Of a DNA stretch of 64,000 nt, positions 1 to 13,019 are shown one piece after another; the first letter of the stretch is position 1, and each line of letters begins with the position of its first letter. The stretch comes from Camelus dromedarius (lineage: Eukaryota), in assembly GCF_036321535.1 (NCBI RefSeq), contig NC_087437.1, forward strand, positions 42,472,001-42,536,000, read 5' to 3'. The notes under the pieces are model-generated. The model ran no database searches and was not told where the DNA came from. It saw only the letters and a program-made list of their open reading frames with translations. The translations under genes and the position numbers were made by a program.

Positions 1-1200
1 TCAGTTTTTTCTTTAATAGCTTTATTGAGGTATACTTTACGTCTTTAAATTCACCTTTTTAAAATAATATGATTCAGTGATTTTAATAACTTTATCAAGT
101 GATGCCATCACCATAAATCTATTTTAGAACATTTTCACCTTCCCCATTAAGATCCTTCATGCCCATTTATAATTAATTCCCAATGTTAGCCCCAGGTCCT
201 CCAGGCAGTCACTAATCTACATTTTATCTTACGACTTTGCCTTTTCTGGACATTTCATATAAATGCAAATATACATTATATGGTGTCTTAGGCCTGGCTT
301 CTCTCAGAAAATACTTAGCGTATTTTTGAATTTCATCTGTGATGTAGCATGTTAGTACTTTGTTCCTTTGTATGGCCAGATAATAGTCCATTGTATGGCT
401 ATGCCACATTTCTTTATCCTTTCACCAATTGATGGAAGTTTAGGTTGTTTCCAGTTTTTGGCTATTATTAATAATCCTGCTGTGAACGTTGTGTGCAAAC
501 CTTTGTGTGGGCATGCTTTCATTCTCTTCCATAGATATTTAGGAGTAGAATTGCTGGGACATATTAGTATTCTTAGATTTAAAATTTTTGAGAAATTTTT
601 TACATCATTTTATATTCTCACCAGTAATGTATGAGGGTTCAGATTTCTCCACATTCTAGCCAATACTTATTCTTCTTTCTTTTTTTTTTTTTTTTAATAG
701 CCATTCTAGGATGTGAAGTGGTTTTGATTTGCATTTCCCTAATGATTAATGAAGCTGAGCATCTTTTCATGTGCTTATTAGCCATTTGTATATTATGTCT
801 GTGAAATGTATACTTAGATCAGGTGCCCATTTTTTGATTGGGTATTGTCTTAGTGAGTTGTAAGGGTTCTCTATAAATTCTAGATGCAAGTCCTTTATCA
901 GCTATGTGTTTTGCAGATATTTCTTCCCAATCTGTTTTTTCTTGTCATTGCATTTTTTAAATGATGTCTTTTGAAGAACCAAAATTTTTAATTTTGCTTA
1001 AGTCCAATTTTTCCATTTTTTTAAAGTATAATATGCTTTTAGTATCATATCTTAGAAATTTTTGCCTAACCCAAGGTTTTGAAGATTTTGTCCTATGTTT
1101 TCTTCTTAAAGTTGTATTGTTTTAGCTCTTACAGATATCTTGAATTCATTTTTGGCTGAGGTGAGGGTTTAAGTTAATCTTTTTGTATGTGGATATCCCA
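1..1200 (-). mobile_element. Old L1 (L1M-type) 3' end / ORF2 C-terminal remnant
   Basis: T-rich start with 'agctttattgaggtatac'; minus ORF 224-409 resembles the ORF2 end (TMDYYLAIQRNKV); 'tttgcatttccctaatgattaatgaagctgagcatcttttcatgtgctta' is a typical L1 tract. Boundaries approximate. Confidence 0.85.
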
Positions 1201-1558
1201 ATTTTTAAAACATATATTAATACACTTAAAGTAGTAATGACTTAACATATGGTAGCATAAATAACATTCTTTGTGAAAAATACCTAATTTCTAAAAAAAA
1301 TAGTGAGAAGAGTGATGTTGATTTATGTTTTTATTGTCTGGCTTAATAGAAGAATATTTCTCATGTCTGCTCTTAACTCAGTCTGTTGCAGTGTCACATA
1401 CCACGTAGTCTCTAGAAAACTCTGTAGTATGGTTGAGAGAGAATTAGAGTGAAAATGTCAAATAATGCCTTAGTATTGTAATAAAAATAGTTTAACTCAT
1501 GGATCCCACTAAAAAGGTGTGTTGGAGGTTCTGCATATAACACTTTGAGAACCTTTGG
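1200..1558 (+). mobile_element. hAT-Charlie (Charlie1-like) DNA transposon terminal fragment
   Basis: 'gaaaactctgtagtatggttgagagagaattagagtgaaaatgtcaaataatgccttagtattgtaataaaaatag...cactttgagaacc' resembles the Charlie1 terminus (recall). Orientation uncertain. Confidence 0.6.
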
Positions 1559-1734
1559 TACAAGTTTATTGATTAAAATCTATTTAAAGTCACTTTTAGA
1601 ATTTCAGTTAAAGCATATCATTTGGCATCTCACTATCATCTGATCTGTGTTTTATTACCTGATAAAGCTTTTAAATGTCTTCTAAATTTTTACAAATATG
1701 TAGTGTTAGGATGATGATTGAGAAATTTTATAGA

Positions 1735-1963
1735 CTGGGGATTAGCAAACTATGGTCAATGGATGAAATCTAGCCAGTTTTAGGATTTTGGTGAAGTTTT
1801 GCTTGTTTTGGTGAAGAAAGTTTTATTGATATACAGGCACACTCAGTCATTTTTGTATTGTCTGTGGCTGCTTCCACTCTGAGTACTTGTGACAGAAACT
1901 ATATGGCCCACAAGCTGTAAACTTAGTACTTACCATCTAGCCCTTTAAGTTTGCTGATCCCTA
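1735..1963 (+). mobile_element. MER58A-like hAT MITE
   Basis: Terminal inverted repeats GGGATTAGCAAACT...AGTTTGCTGATCCC; internal 'aaagttttattg..acaggcacactc..tattgtctgtggctgctt'; TTATAGA on both flanks. Confidence 0.8.
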
Positions 1964-1979
1964 TTATAGATTACAGTTT

Positions 1980-2363
1980 GGGTTTTTTTGTTTGTTTTTT
2001 GCTCTGTTTTTCTCATTTTTGTTGTGGGCCACTGGGGAGGGGCCTCTCCTTGTCCAAGAAGGTGCTCTCAGTTTCTTCAGCCACTCCAAGCTTGGGCCCT
2101 AGGGGTCCTGGGGGTGGCTGGGCACATCAGGCGTGTTCCTATTGTCTTGGAGGGGCACTGGGTAGTTGCAAGGTGTGGCCTCGTTGATCATGATGGTGTA
2201 CTTTGCGTAGGGGCTGAGTGTGGGCAGAATTATAGTGAGGCCCCCCATGGTGAAGGATGCCATCAGCAGCAGCTCCTTGTCCTCAGCATTCTTGAAGGCA
2301 GGGATTCTCGCAGCCCTCTTGGTCTTGGTAGCAGTGGCGGCAACGGCAGGGGCGCAGAGCACC
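1980..2363 (-). pseudogene. NDUFA3: NDUFA3 processed pseudogene (complex I subunit B9); former CDS 2068-2317
   Basis: Minus strand reads [14 protein letters not shown]...[49 protein letters not shown] with no introns. ATG has become AGG (2315-2317) and there is a premature TAG (2099-2101). Decayed poly-A at about 1983-2000; 13-bp TSD TAGATTACAGTTT at 1967-1979 and 2364-2376. Confidence 0.95.
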
Positions 2364-2727
2364 TAGATTACAGTTTCTGATGGCTGAAGTTAAGTAAGAT
2401 GCTTCAGCAGCAGGATTGAAAGTAGTTTTCTATAATGTCATGTCAATCAGCTTTATAGTTAATAATAATTAGGAAAAATATTGAACTATCACATCATACT
2501 GGGAAGTTAGGCTTAGTCTTACTTGACACTCTTTATATTTTCTTAATTATTTTTCAAAGGATATTTTCCTCATAGTCAAAAAGTTATTTAATATCTTGTT
2601 GAGGAGAAAGAATGTTATTAATTGTTTTTCACATGAAATCAAGATACTTTGTAAAGTGTGTCTTTCAAATGAATCTTTAAGAGATTGTCAAATTCAATCT
2701 TAAATGTTTCCATTTGTGGTTTTTCAG

Positions 2728-2796
2728 GATGATCTTGAAGACCTTATTGTTAATTGGGATGAGAGCAAAAGCATTGGTGATATCTTTCTTAAATAT
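2728..2796 (+). CDS. ECT2: ECT2 coding exon (DH domain) DDLEDLIVNWDESKSIGDIFLKY
   Basis: ttttcag|GAT...TAT|gtaagt; 69 bp, phase 0/0. Confidence 0.97.
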
Positions 2797-3934
2797 GTAA
2801 GTATTTTATTTCTTTCTTAGGTTTTCAAGTTAGAGTGTCATCTCATCAAGGACTGGCAAGGAATGAAAGTTACATTTAAAATGTGAGAGCTTTTAAAACT
2901 TTGACATAGTTGTGTTTGTAAAATATATTGAAAGTGTTCTGGTCTTCTGAAACGTGCTTTCTATATGCTGTCTAACATTTTCTTGACAGCTCAGGTCATC
3001 ATTAGGAACACTAATTGTACTATGCTACAATCATTTTACTATATATCATGTTATTTGCCCTTCATATATAGCCACAGGGTAATGGTTTTTTTCTTTGAAA
3101 TTTTCAATGATTGAGTTTTTATTTTTCTCTTTCCTTGTTGATACCACTTTTTTGTGTCATTGTATCTGCTCTGCATAAAAACTTCCAATGAACTGTTTCT
3201 TCTCTAGGATAAGAACAACATAGCTTAAGTTTATCAAATAAAGTATATTAATTTTGAATGAGATGCTGTGAATAGAATTCAAAAATTTCTTTCAGTCTCT
3301 TTGAATAGGATTTACAGTTTTCAGTGCCTTGGGTTCTTACACATTTACTTCTGTTTCCTGAGGCCTCCTAACTTTCATCCTTACTGTATAGTCCTTAGAT
3401 GTTTTTTTCTGGTTGGTTGAGAATTCCAAATGTGCAAATTATTGTCTCATATCTTTTTGATACATGTTAGTCTTCTCAGTTAAGATATTTTCCCTTTTTT
3501 TTGTTTTCATTTTTGGGTAATAAAAGTTCATCTTTTAATGATTGTTTGGATCCTTCAATAAATAATAGCATATTCTTGGGCTGCATAGATCAACTTTAAT
3601 TATTATATTCGGAATTTATAGCAGTTTTAAAAATTTGCCATATTTATATCAGTAAAATAAGCTTTGATATACTTTTGTTTCTTTCTGGATCTTTATTTGC
3701 TTTTCAGGTTTTAGGCTCTGTGTACCAGTTGGTGCATTGTTTAGTAATTTACTCACTAGTGAGAAGTTTATAAAATGCATTTCTGTATTTAACTTGAGAG
3801 GAAACTTACTTTAATCTTTTCTTTCACATTCAGTATGTCAGATTTTGATTATTGATTATTCAACTTTAAGTTTTGTTGACTAAGGGTAACGTGCATTACA
3901 AATTAATGTTGGTTTTCTTTTTTCTTGTTCCTAG

Positions 3935-4045
3935 TCAAAAGATTTGGTAAAAACCTACCCTCCTTTTGTGAACTTTTTTGAAATGAGCAAGGAAACAATT
4001 ATTAAATGTGAAAAACAGAAACCTAGATTTCATGCTTTTCTGAAG
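3935..4045 (+). CDS. ECT2: ECT2 coding exon (DH) SKDLVKTYPPFVNFFEMSKETIIKCEKQKPRFHAFLK
   Basis: ttcctag|TCA...AAG|gtaat; 111 bp. Confidence 0.97.
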
Positions 4046-4710
4046 GTAATGTACGTTTCTTTCTAATAAAATTCTGAGAATACTTTTCTGAAGGAGTTCA
4101 TTAAAATTATACTTGTAAAAATGTGTCCATGTAAGAACACCTTAATGTTATCTGCTAACTTTTTCTTTACCTGAGAGGGACACTGATGTTGAGCTTTGGA
4201 AGTTTTGACATGCCTAGGTAGCAGGGTCTCAGAGGCCGTTGAGTGAATAAGAATAATGTTGTCTCTGGGTGTTTGTTTGTTTTTTAAGTTATGCATGTTT
4301 TAGTTCTCAAACACCTCTAAAAATTTTCCAATGAGATATTTTTGTTTCACTTTTAGTGATTTTTTTCTTACCAATGCCTTACTTTGTTTTTTTTGATACC
4401 AGCATAATTAATATTTTAAATTTGTTTTTTTCTTTTGAATGATGTAGACTTAAGAGAAACTTAAAGTAGAATATATATGAGTGGTTAGAGGAACACACTT
4501 TCTGTTTAAGATGTTAATTCTTGGCTTGCCTGGAGGCTCCTTCAGGGCTTGAGAGATTATTAAACCACAGTAACCTGCCAGAGATCAACTGCCACCACTC
4601 CTCTCCTATTAGTTCTTATCAGGTCACAAGTAATAAAGTGTAATCACATAAACATAGAGTGTCTCATCTTTGCAGAAAACCTTTAAAAAATTTTTTGTAA
4701 TTCCTTTCAG

Positions 4711-4807
4711 ATAAACCAAGCTAAACCAGAGTGTGGACGGCAAAGCCTTGTTGAACTTCTCATCCGACCAGTACAGCGGTTACCCAGTGTGGCGTTACTT
4801 TTAAATG
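4711..4807 (+). CDS. ECT2: ECT2 coding exon (DH) INQAKPECGRQSLVELLIRPVQRLPSVALLLN
   Basis: ctttcag|ATA...AATG|gtact; 97 bp; carries the DH CR3 motif LIRPVQRLP. Confidence 0.97.
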
Positions 4808-6445
4808 GTACTTCTCTGATCTGTTTTCTGGCAATTTTGGATGTTCTTAGGGAATTGTTTTGTCATAAAAAATTTGAAAAATTTCTCATTTTCAAAGTGT
4901 TCTTAGATTTCAGCTTTAAAACTTATATTTTTACATAGAAAATATCTTTAATAAGGATAATCTGAATAATCACTGGTGCTACAAAAATTCAATCTGGCCA
5001 AAAATGCTTTATTTATTTGTTCTGATGTCAATTAGATTGACTGGTATTGTACTGTTTGTCTCTTCCCTAAAAGTCTTCTTACATTTCTTTGTGTCCCTAA
5101 TTCAAAATCAGTTTACATCCACATAAACATGAAATTTACCTACAAAATCACAAGATGAGAGATGATTAGTATGTCTCAAGTTATTTAGTCCTTTTCTGTA
5201 TCTTAATAAAGTTCTTTATGCTTGACCTTATGCTTTTTTTTCTTGCATTGTGCAGAATACTCTTCAAACATACATCCATTTATTCTAAAACTTAAACTAT
5301 AGATACCAATGAAAGGGATTTTCATAGCAAAGATATGTTACAAATAAATTTTGCCCACATGTGAAGAAAAGCATATTTATATGCTTTTACATTTACCTGA
5401 CTAAAGTAGTGAATAACTTTAGGACAGTGTCAATTTTTATATTTTTAAAATTTAAGTATGGAAATGAAATTATAAACAATAGTGCAATAAAGCATTTTAA
5501 AGGTCCCCGAACCTTAACTACAGTAGTATGTGTAGCAGACAAGGAGGCTAATTTTGTGACTGTTTAATGTATTATTGTCTTTAAAATATATTGGAAAAAA
5601 AAATATATTGGTTAAACTGTGAGTTATGATAGTAACTACAAAAATTGACAATTTTTGTTCTCTTTGAGGTTATCTCATGTAGTTTAGAATTACTAGTATA
5701 CAAAATAGTTCCTCCAGTCTTTAAAAGCTTTTGTGTTTTAAGATTATAAGGAGAATATATGAAGAAACAAATGTTTAACTTGACGAAGCAGTGTATTTTT
5801 TCTTAAATTTGTTTATCTTAATTATTGTTTCATTAAGTACTTGTAGGAATCCATCAAATGTTGTCATGATTCAATGAACTTGATTTCTAAGCCTTTCTCA
5901 TCATTCCACTTAAAAGATTAGGTGGAAATGGTATTAGGGAACCATTAGGTAGAAGATTATAAACAACCTAGGTAAGAAGAGTTGAAGTGTATGCATCTCA
6001 TGAACCTGTAAATGAAACAAAACCTTATCTTGAGGACACCAGCTGCTCCCTGCGATGGAGCCATGGTCCCTGATATGAAATATAGCATATATAATGATTT
6101 CTTAGTGCACTGAAGATCATGTGTTTTCATTCAGCACTTTGGAGAGAGTTTGAAGAATCTAGGAATCCCCAAGCTTTACTAAAAGGGAATTGAAATAGCA
6201 ATGTAAGAAAATCTGTGTTAAATATTCTGAAAATTTAGTCAGTGAAAAAAACGTGGACACTTTAATACATGTTTAAGAAGAGAGCTCTTAAGGGAACATT
6301 GTGTAAAACTTTTTTTAAAGTAAAAGTTAGATTTTGTTTTTTAATTAATCAGTCTATTTCTATCAAAGTGGATTGCAGTTTTGTTATAGATGGAAAAAAA
6401 TCACTGAATTTTTTTAATCTCAGAGAAAACATTTTATCTTTACAG

Positions 6446-6527
6446 ATCTTAAGAAGCATACAGCTGAAGAAAATCCTGACAAAAGCACTCTAGAAAAAGC
6501 CATTGGATCACTAAAGGAAGTAATGAC
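6446..6527 (+). CDS. ECT2: ECT2 coding exon (DH) DLKKHTAEENPDKSTLEKAIGSLKEVMT
   Basis: tttacag|AT...AC|gtaagt; 82 bp; phase agrees with neighbouring exons. Confidence 0.97.
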
Positions 6528-7599
6528 GTAAGTACATTATTTCAATTTTTAATCGTTTCTCAGATTTAGAATGGAATTGATAGAACAATTAGAATCATAA
6601 GTGGAGGGAAAAATATCAGTAGCAAAATTCTGTAAAATAGTATTTAAATTATTTTTTAGTAGTATAATTTATACTCAAATGTTAGAAATATAGTTGAGTG
6701 CAATGATTAATCAAAAACATTTATTTCTGAAAGTATTAAACTATTATACACAGAGTAACAATGGTTTAGAAATTTGAAAATACTGTAAATGCACTAATGG
6801 ACATTTTCTTCATACACCTCCAGTCATAGCTTGTTTTTGTCTTCATATTCATATCACCTGCCCAAATGTAACTTGGGAATTTGACCATGATGAAGTAAAA
6901 AGAAAAGATTTATAATACTTTTCTGGTGTTAACTTAGACTTTTTTTATTTCTTACTTTGAATTCTATGGAATTAAGTTGATGGCGTTGGTTGGAGACATA
7001 TTGAAAGTATAAACTCAGTGAAATTTATTAGGGGAACTTGATTGTTAAACTTGGGTTGTTTACTGTAGGTCTAACTTGGAGCCATAGATCAGAAATGATT
7101 TTTTCTAACTACCGTGATCAGAATTGAAAACTCTGTTGCTGTTAATTGTTTAGCTTCGTAAGGGGCAAGGACATTTCACTTCTTTGAGCTTTACATATCA
7201 ACATATTTAATAGATTTAATTAAATGATTTCTGAGACTCCATAAGGTGCCTTTATGTGAAATAGAGTTTCTTAAAATACTTGCAAAGGAGCTCCTAGAGA
7301 GAAACCTTACTAGGTCTAGAGAGAAGCTGCAGCAGTAGAACAGTGCTCAAATTGGTGAGTACCTGCTTCTGTTGCTGCTGAAAGCATGAGGCTTATGTTT
7401 TAGTTTTTGCTTATGTTCATATTTTATATGTTAATCAACCAGCCTTTATGCTCTTGGTTTGTTATTTTGGGATTGGGATGATAGTCTGTTTCAACACTTC
7501 ATGGTTTAACATACTTAGACACACGTTATCTACCTTGATCCTTTCCACAAATGATGAATTAGGCAGTCAGTGTTAACATATTTTCACAAAAGAGAAAAG

Positions 7600-8260
7600 C
7601 TTTTAGTTTTGTTAGTTTTTCTCTATTATTTTTATAATCTCTATTTCATTCATTTTCACTTTAATCATTATGATTTCCTTTTTTCTGCTTGCTTTAGATT
7701 GTTTGCTCTTCTTTTTTCCCCCGACTACCTTAAAGTAGACAGTTAAGATATTGATTTGAGATCTTTATTATATATTTTTATAACTATAAATTTCTCTTTA
7801 AGCACTGCTTTAGTTGTATATCCCATAAATTTTGTGTTTTTGTTTATCTCAAAGTATTTTCAAATTTCCTTTGTAATTACTTCTTGACCCATTGGTTATT
7901 TTGGTGTGTGTTGGTTAATTCCCATATGTTTGTGAATTTTCAAAGATTCTTTTTGTTACTAACTTATAATTTCACTTCATTGTTTCTGGAAAATATACTT
8001 TGTATTATTTTAATCCTTTCAAACTTTTTGAGGCTTGTTTTATGGCTTAACCTGGAGAATGTTCCATGTACATTTGAGAAAAATGTATTTTGCTCTTGTC
8101 TGGTGGAGTATTTTCAACATTTTACTTTTCAGCCTATTTATGTCTTTGTATGTAAAGTGTATCTTTTGTAGACAGTATACAGTTGGGCTTGCATTGTTTC
8201 CTGTCTCATAGGAATTGACTTCTAGTGATTTGAGAAACCTTTGTTTCTTTACACTTTGAC
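7600..8260 (-). mobile_element. L1 ORF2 endonuclease-region fragment
   Basis: 'cctggagaatgttccatgtacatttgagaaaaatgtat' and 'ttcagcctatttatgtctttgtatgtaaagtgtatcttttgtagacag' are antisense L1 EN-region tracts; degenerate. Confidence 0.75.
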
Positions 8261-8697
8261 AGTTTTTCAAGTTATTTCAGGCAGAGTATGTTTTTTTCTT
8301 CCTTATTCTATCTTGTCTGGAAGCAGTAAGTAGTCTTAGTTTTTATTTCCTTGAAATGATTAACATATGACTTGGGAATGACTTGCATAAAACCTTAACT
8401 GAACTTACAGTTAAAACTTATGTTAGCCTGAAGTTTATACCAGTGTAATGTATTTTAGGGAGTGTATAGTGAATATAGTTAAAAAAAGATTATAGTAAGA
8501 AGTAAAGCAAAACATTTTTCTGAAGGATTGTATGAAATTTTTTTAATGTAGTGGGATACTTTTAGGGAATATTTTAACTGATACAGTTACCAGTTAAAGA
8601 CAGACTCACATGGAAGGACTTTTTTTGTGACATGAGATGTATGTATATGCAGTTTTCATAGTCTGTTGTTTTAAAAGTAACCTCATTAATTTTTCAG

Positions 8698-8776
8698 GCA
8701 TATTAATGAGGATAAGAGAAAAACAGAAGCTCAAAAGCAAATTTTCGATGTTGTTTATGAAGTAGATGGATGCCCA
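8698..8776 (+). CDS. ECT2: ECT2 coding exon HINEDKRKTEAQKQIFDVVYEVDGCP
   Basis: ttttcag|G...CCA|gtaagt; 79 bp. Confidence 0.97.
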
Positions 8777-8825
8777 GTAAGTATTTATTTTTGATGACTG
8801 TCAATTTATTTTCTTTTTCTTGTTA

Positions 8826-9046
8826 CAGTTGGCCCTTGAACAACTTAGTAGGTTAGGGGCACCAACACCCCAGCACAGCAGAAAATCTGTGTGTAAGTTT
8901 ACAGTTGGCCTGTGCTTTCTGTGGTTCCACATTCATAGATTCAACCAACTGTGGATTGTGTTGTGCTGTAGTGCTTGTTTATTTAAAAAAATCTGTGTGT
9001 AAATGGACCAGCACAGTTCAAACTTGTGTTGTTCAAGGGTCAACTG
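8826..9046. mobile_element. TcMar-Tigger MITE (MER8/Tigger2-related)
   Basis: TIRs CAGTTGGCCCTTGAACAAC ... GTTGTTCAAGGGTCAACTG, flanked by TA at 8824-8825 and 9047-9048. Confidence 0.9.
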
Positions 9047-9172
9047 TATTTAGATTCTGTAGTTTTATTATAAACAGAATCTCAGGACAACTTTCTTTTA
9101 AATTATTTAACTTTTAAAAAAAATTACTTGCTATAAAGTAATCTCTTCTATTAATATTTTCAATCTATTTAG

Positions 9173-9292
9173 GCTAATCTTTTATCTTCTCACCGAAGCT
9201 TAGTCCAGAGAGTTGAAACAGTTTCTCTAGGTGAGCACCCCTGTGACAGAGGAGAACAAGTAACTCTCTTTCTCTTCAATGACTGCCTGGAG
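9173..9292 (+). CDS. ECT2: ECT2 coding exon (PH) ANLLSSHRSLVQRVETVSLGEHPCDRGEQVTLFLFNDCLE
   Basis: tatttag|GCT...GAG|gtaaag; 120 bp. Confidence 0.97.
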
Positions 9293-12200
9293 GTAAAGTT
9301 GGGCTTAATATAGTGTAATAAATAACACTGCTGTTTTGTGTGACTTCACTGAATGTTTAAAACCAAGTACAGTATTGATTGAAGTACAATGGGTTTAAAT
9401 TAAGTGATTAAAATAAGTTTAAAGTAAAGTGAACTTAAATAATCACATTCTTTGGTCTAATACTGTTAACAGAATGCTTTTAGGAGAAGGCCTAATATTA
9501 AGAATCATAATTTTTTATGATTTCAAGTCTTAAGTCACAATGAAAATTTAGTTTATTTCCATGTAAATAAGTGCTTAGGTCAAGAATTTTAGGAACTTCC
9601 TGTATCTGCATGTATTTCTTCAAGATTTACAAAATAATTATTAGTTCTTTCTGAAATTTAAGTAGATTTCTCTGGCAAAGGAGAAATCAGAGGGAGATAA
9701 CTTGGTTATTTAACATAATGAATTATAATCCCCTGATTTCTTCCTTAAGTCTGCAGTTTTTACAGTGATGGAGTGGTCAGTTTATCAGATGGGGTACAAT
9801 GATTCTACTTCTAAAATTTTTAACTATCTCAGTTAAAGTTTTTCCCTATATTACCCCATGGGAGATTGAATTACGTTTATGTGCTTTTCTAACCCTTTTC
9901 TTCCATTCCTTTAGTAGTGTTTTTTAAGAAACAACTAGACAGTCTAATTGGGGAATATAAAGGAGTAAATTTTCCTTTATCCCAGAAATGAGACTTGTTC
10001 ATTTTGATAAAGCAGTCGTTAACCTGGAAATTAATTTAACATTTCTGTTATTTGGTAACTTTTTGTTGCTTTCATTAAAGTGATTTGTTGGGTTGCCTTT
10101 TTCTTTAAAATCTATACTTCCTTTTACTCTTTTCCACTTCACTTCTCTTCTAGTGCGATTTTCTTATATCATGTATATCAGTATTTAATGTATAAAATAC
10201 AAGGGAATCTTAGAGAACAAGCCAAGCACTGTTACAGCTGCAATAAAATCACCAAAAATTTCACTTGTATTTTATTGTTATGAGGTTAGTGAAGAATAGT
10301 ATTTCCATTTGGTCAATATTGTCACAAAACACAAAAGTAAAGACAGTGAAAATACTGTACACAATTGACCATACCCTGAACCGAGATAGTTATAAAAAAT
10401 GATGAGGCAGTTAATTCTGCACTACTTGTCTCCCCCATAATGAGAGCTGTAGCCTGCTCTGCTTTTGAGAATGGGGCTAGGTGGAGTCAATTTTTGCTCA
10501 TATTTTATCTGAATCTGGATTATACTGTTACACTGAGTGACATTTAATTGCTCAGTACTTCTATTTGTTGGCTTCCATTAAAGCTTTTTTAGGTTTCTCC
10601 TGTTGAAGTCCCTAGGTCAGCTGGCTCCATTCATCTAAATGGGTTAGGTTATCTGTATTTCCTTTGTTAATTCATTCTGGTCTTTATCCTCTTAATCCTT
10701 AGAGAGTTGTGGCTTACTTAAAAAATTTTTTTTCTTACATCCCTTCAAATTCTATGAAGTCTTCTATAACTGGCTCATTGACTTACTTTCCACTTTAATT
10801 GCTGCTGTTGGTCATTCCTTGTAGTTTCCAAGTCCATTATATGATACCCTGGCCTTTCACGTCCTTTACCTTCCTGAATTCAGTGACTTTTTGTTCTCCT
10901 CTGTCTTAGTCTCCATGTCAGGATCACATTAAGTGTAACAGCTCTATTTCTACCATTAAGTTTGGACTCCAGATTTATAAATTTGGAGTTTTAGATTTAT
11001 AAACTCTTATTCTTTAGCTTTTTTTGTTAAGAAAAATAAAAAGACTGAGCAAATTTGGAATGAAAAGTGTGGTAAAAGTTAGAAACATTTGAAATGGATA
11101 AAATCTATACTGACTTCTCTTAAACATGACAGGTGATGTTTTACTGAAGCTAAACTAATTTAGGATTTAAGGATATACTTTTCCTGTTTATATTTTATCT
11201 GTATTTTGAGTTTTTACCTTAATAAACTAGCATTTGTATCATCAGCATTAATACTTGTTATTGTTTTTCTTTTTTAAAAATGAACCTTAAAGTTATTTTG
11301 CTTAGCCAAATTAAAAGTATGTTCAAATATCACCGTGGAAATATTTAAAGAGTCTGCTTATTTTCACCACATTAATGTAGATGAACTTTTAATATTTGAT
11401 ATGTAACAGATCTGTGTCATATTTTGCATCAATGTGAATATGATACTGACTGCCTTTTGATCTTTTGTCACTAGCCAACACAAGGTAGTACATTTTTCAG
11501 CCTCACTTTGTCATATTCATGATGATGACCCATCAATCTCAATTCATTAGTAACTTAATCTAAATCATTTTGTGTTAATGTCTTTCAGTTGATGAATATA
11601 GCCTCAACAGAGATGTTCTTTTAAAAAGGCAAAATAATATACTAGGCTTTCATGGAAATGAAAGCAATAAATGTAAAGACTATAAAATTCACAGAACTCA
11701 AATAGATCACAAATCACAGGGTCCTTTCTGGTTTTGCTCCTATCTTCTCCAGCGTTATCTACCTGTCTCTTCCTTTTGCATGAGTTTCCAGTTTAGGTAA
11801 AGTTGTATCTTAACACAGCACCTTGAGTTTATAATTTATATCAGTTTTTAACATATTGTTTAGTTATTTTAATCTTCCTATTTCTCAATAAGTGTAAATG
11901 TCCTGAGAATCAGAACCATTTCTGTGTCATTCACTCCTTTATCCTCAGTGCCTTGCACAGGATCTGAGATAGCTGTGAATTCAGCTCCTAAACTGAAATC
12001 AATTACCTTTTGAACCAAAGGTTGTGATCCCAGAGCAACTAGTCCCCTTTCTGAATTCAAGGCCTTTAATTGATGATTCTTCTATCCTTTGATCTCATTA
12101 CTTCTTGCAATGCCTCTAAGTTCTTTCATTCCTCTGGGACCTTTTCCATAGACCCTGTCCTTTTGCCTGTTTTCCTTACTTTGAGCTCTTCTCATGTAAA

Positions 12201-12405
12201 CGTGAGCATTTCTGCTACATAATTACATGTATGAATTTGTTACATAGCAACTCTGCTTCTTATCAAATAGTAGTTCTGGAATGACTGATAGTGAAATGAA
12301 CTGCATATAGATTTATGTGATTAGTGTCATTTTATTTTTAATCATTTGGTCTTTGTTTTCATGTTACTGACAATGACTTTTTTTTTTTGTTCTTTCTATA
12401 ATCAG

Positions 12406-12544
12406 ATAGCAAGAAAACGACACAAAGTTATTGGCACTTTTAGGAGTCCCCATGGCCAGACCCGACCGCCAGCTTCTCTTAAGCATATTCATCTAATGCC
12501 TCTTTCTCAGATTAAGAAAGTGCTAGACATAAGAGAGACAGAAG
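12406..12544 (+). CDS. ECT2: ECT2 coding exon (PH) IARKRHKVIGTFRSPHGQTRPPASLKHIHLMPLSQIKKVLDIRETE
   Basis: aatcag|ATA...GAAG|gtatgc; 139 bp; visible in ORF 12346-12561. Confidence 0.97.
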
Positions 12545-12644
12545 GTATGCTCATTGGGTAAACTATTGGCCAAATAAAAATAATTTATATAAATTGAAAG
12601 TGATTTACTCCCATACATATTTTTTAAACTGGTAAACTATCTTT

Positions 12645-13019
12645 ATTTATTTATTTATTTGACTTTATTGAGAATTTTATTTTATTCTATTTTTATTTTT
12701 CAAATATATTTTTATAGAAGTATAGTCAGTTTACAATGTTGTGTCAATTTCTGGTGTACAGCACAATACTTCAGTCATACAGGAATATATGTATATTCAT
12801 TTTCATATTGTTTTTAACCATAGGTTACTACAGGATATTGAATATAGTTCCCTGTGTTATACAGTACAGACTTGTTATTCATCTATTTTATATATAGTAG
12901 TTAGTACCTGCAAGTATTGAACCCCCAATTTATCCCTTCTCCCCACCTGGTAACCATAAATTTGTTTTCTCTATCTGTGTTTGTTTTGTAAGTAAGTTTG
13001 TCTTTTTTTTTTTTTTTTT
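12645..13019 (-). mobile_element. 5'-truncated younger L1 3' UTR insertion
   Basis: Reverse complement matches 39440-39773; (TTTA)n tail; 18-bp TSD AACTGGTAAA(C/T)TATCTTT at 12627-12644 and 13020-13037. Confidence 0.9.

Noticed and set aside
1988..2380. 130-aa plus-strand ORF as a novel gene
   Set aside because: It is the antisense shadow of the GC-rich NDUFA3 retrocopy.
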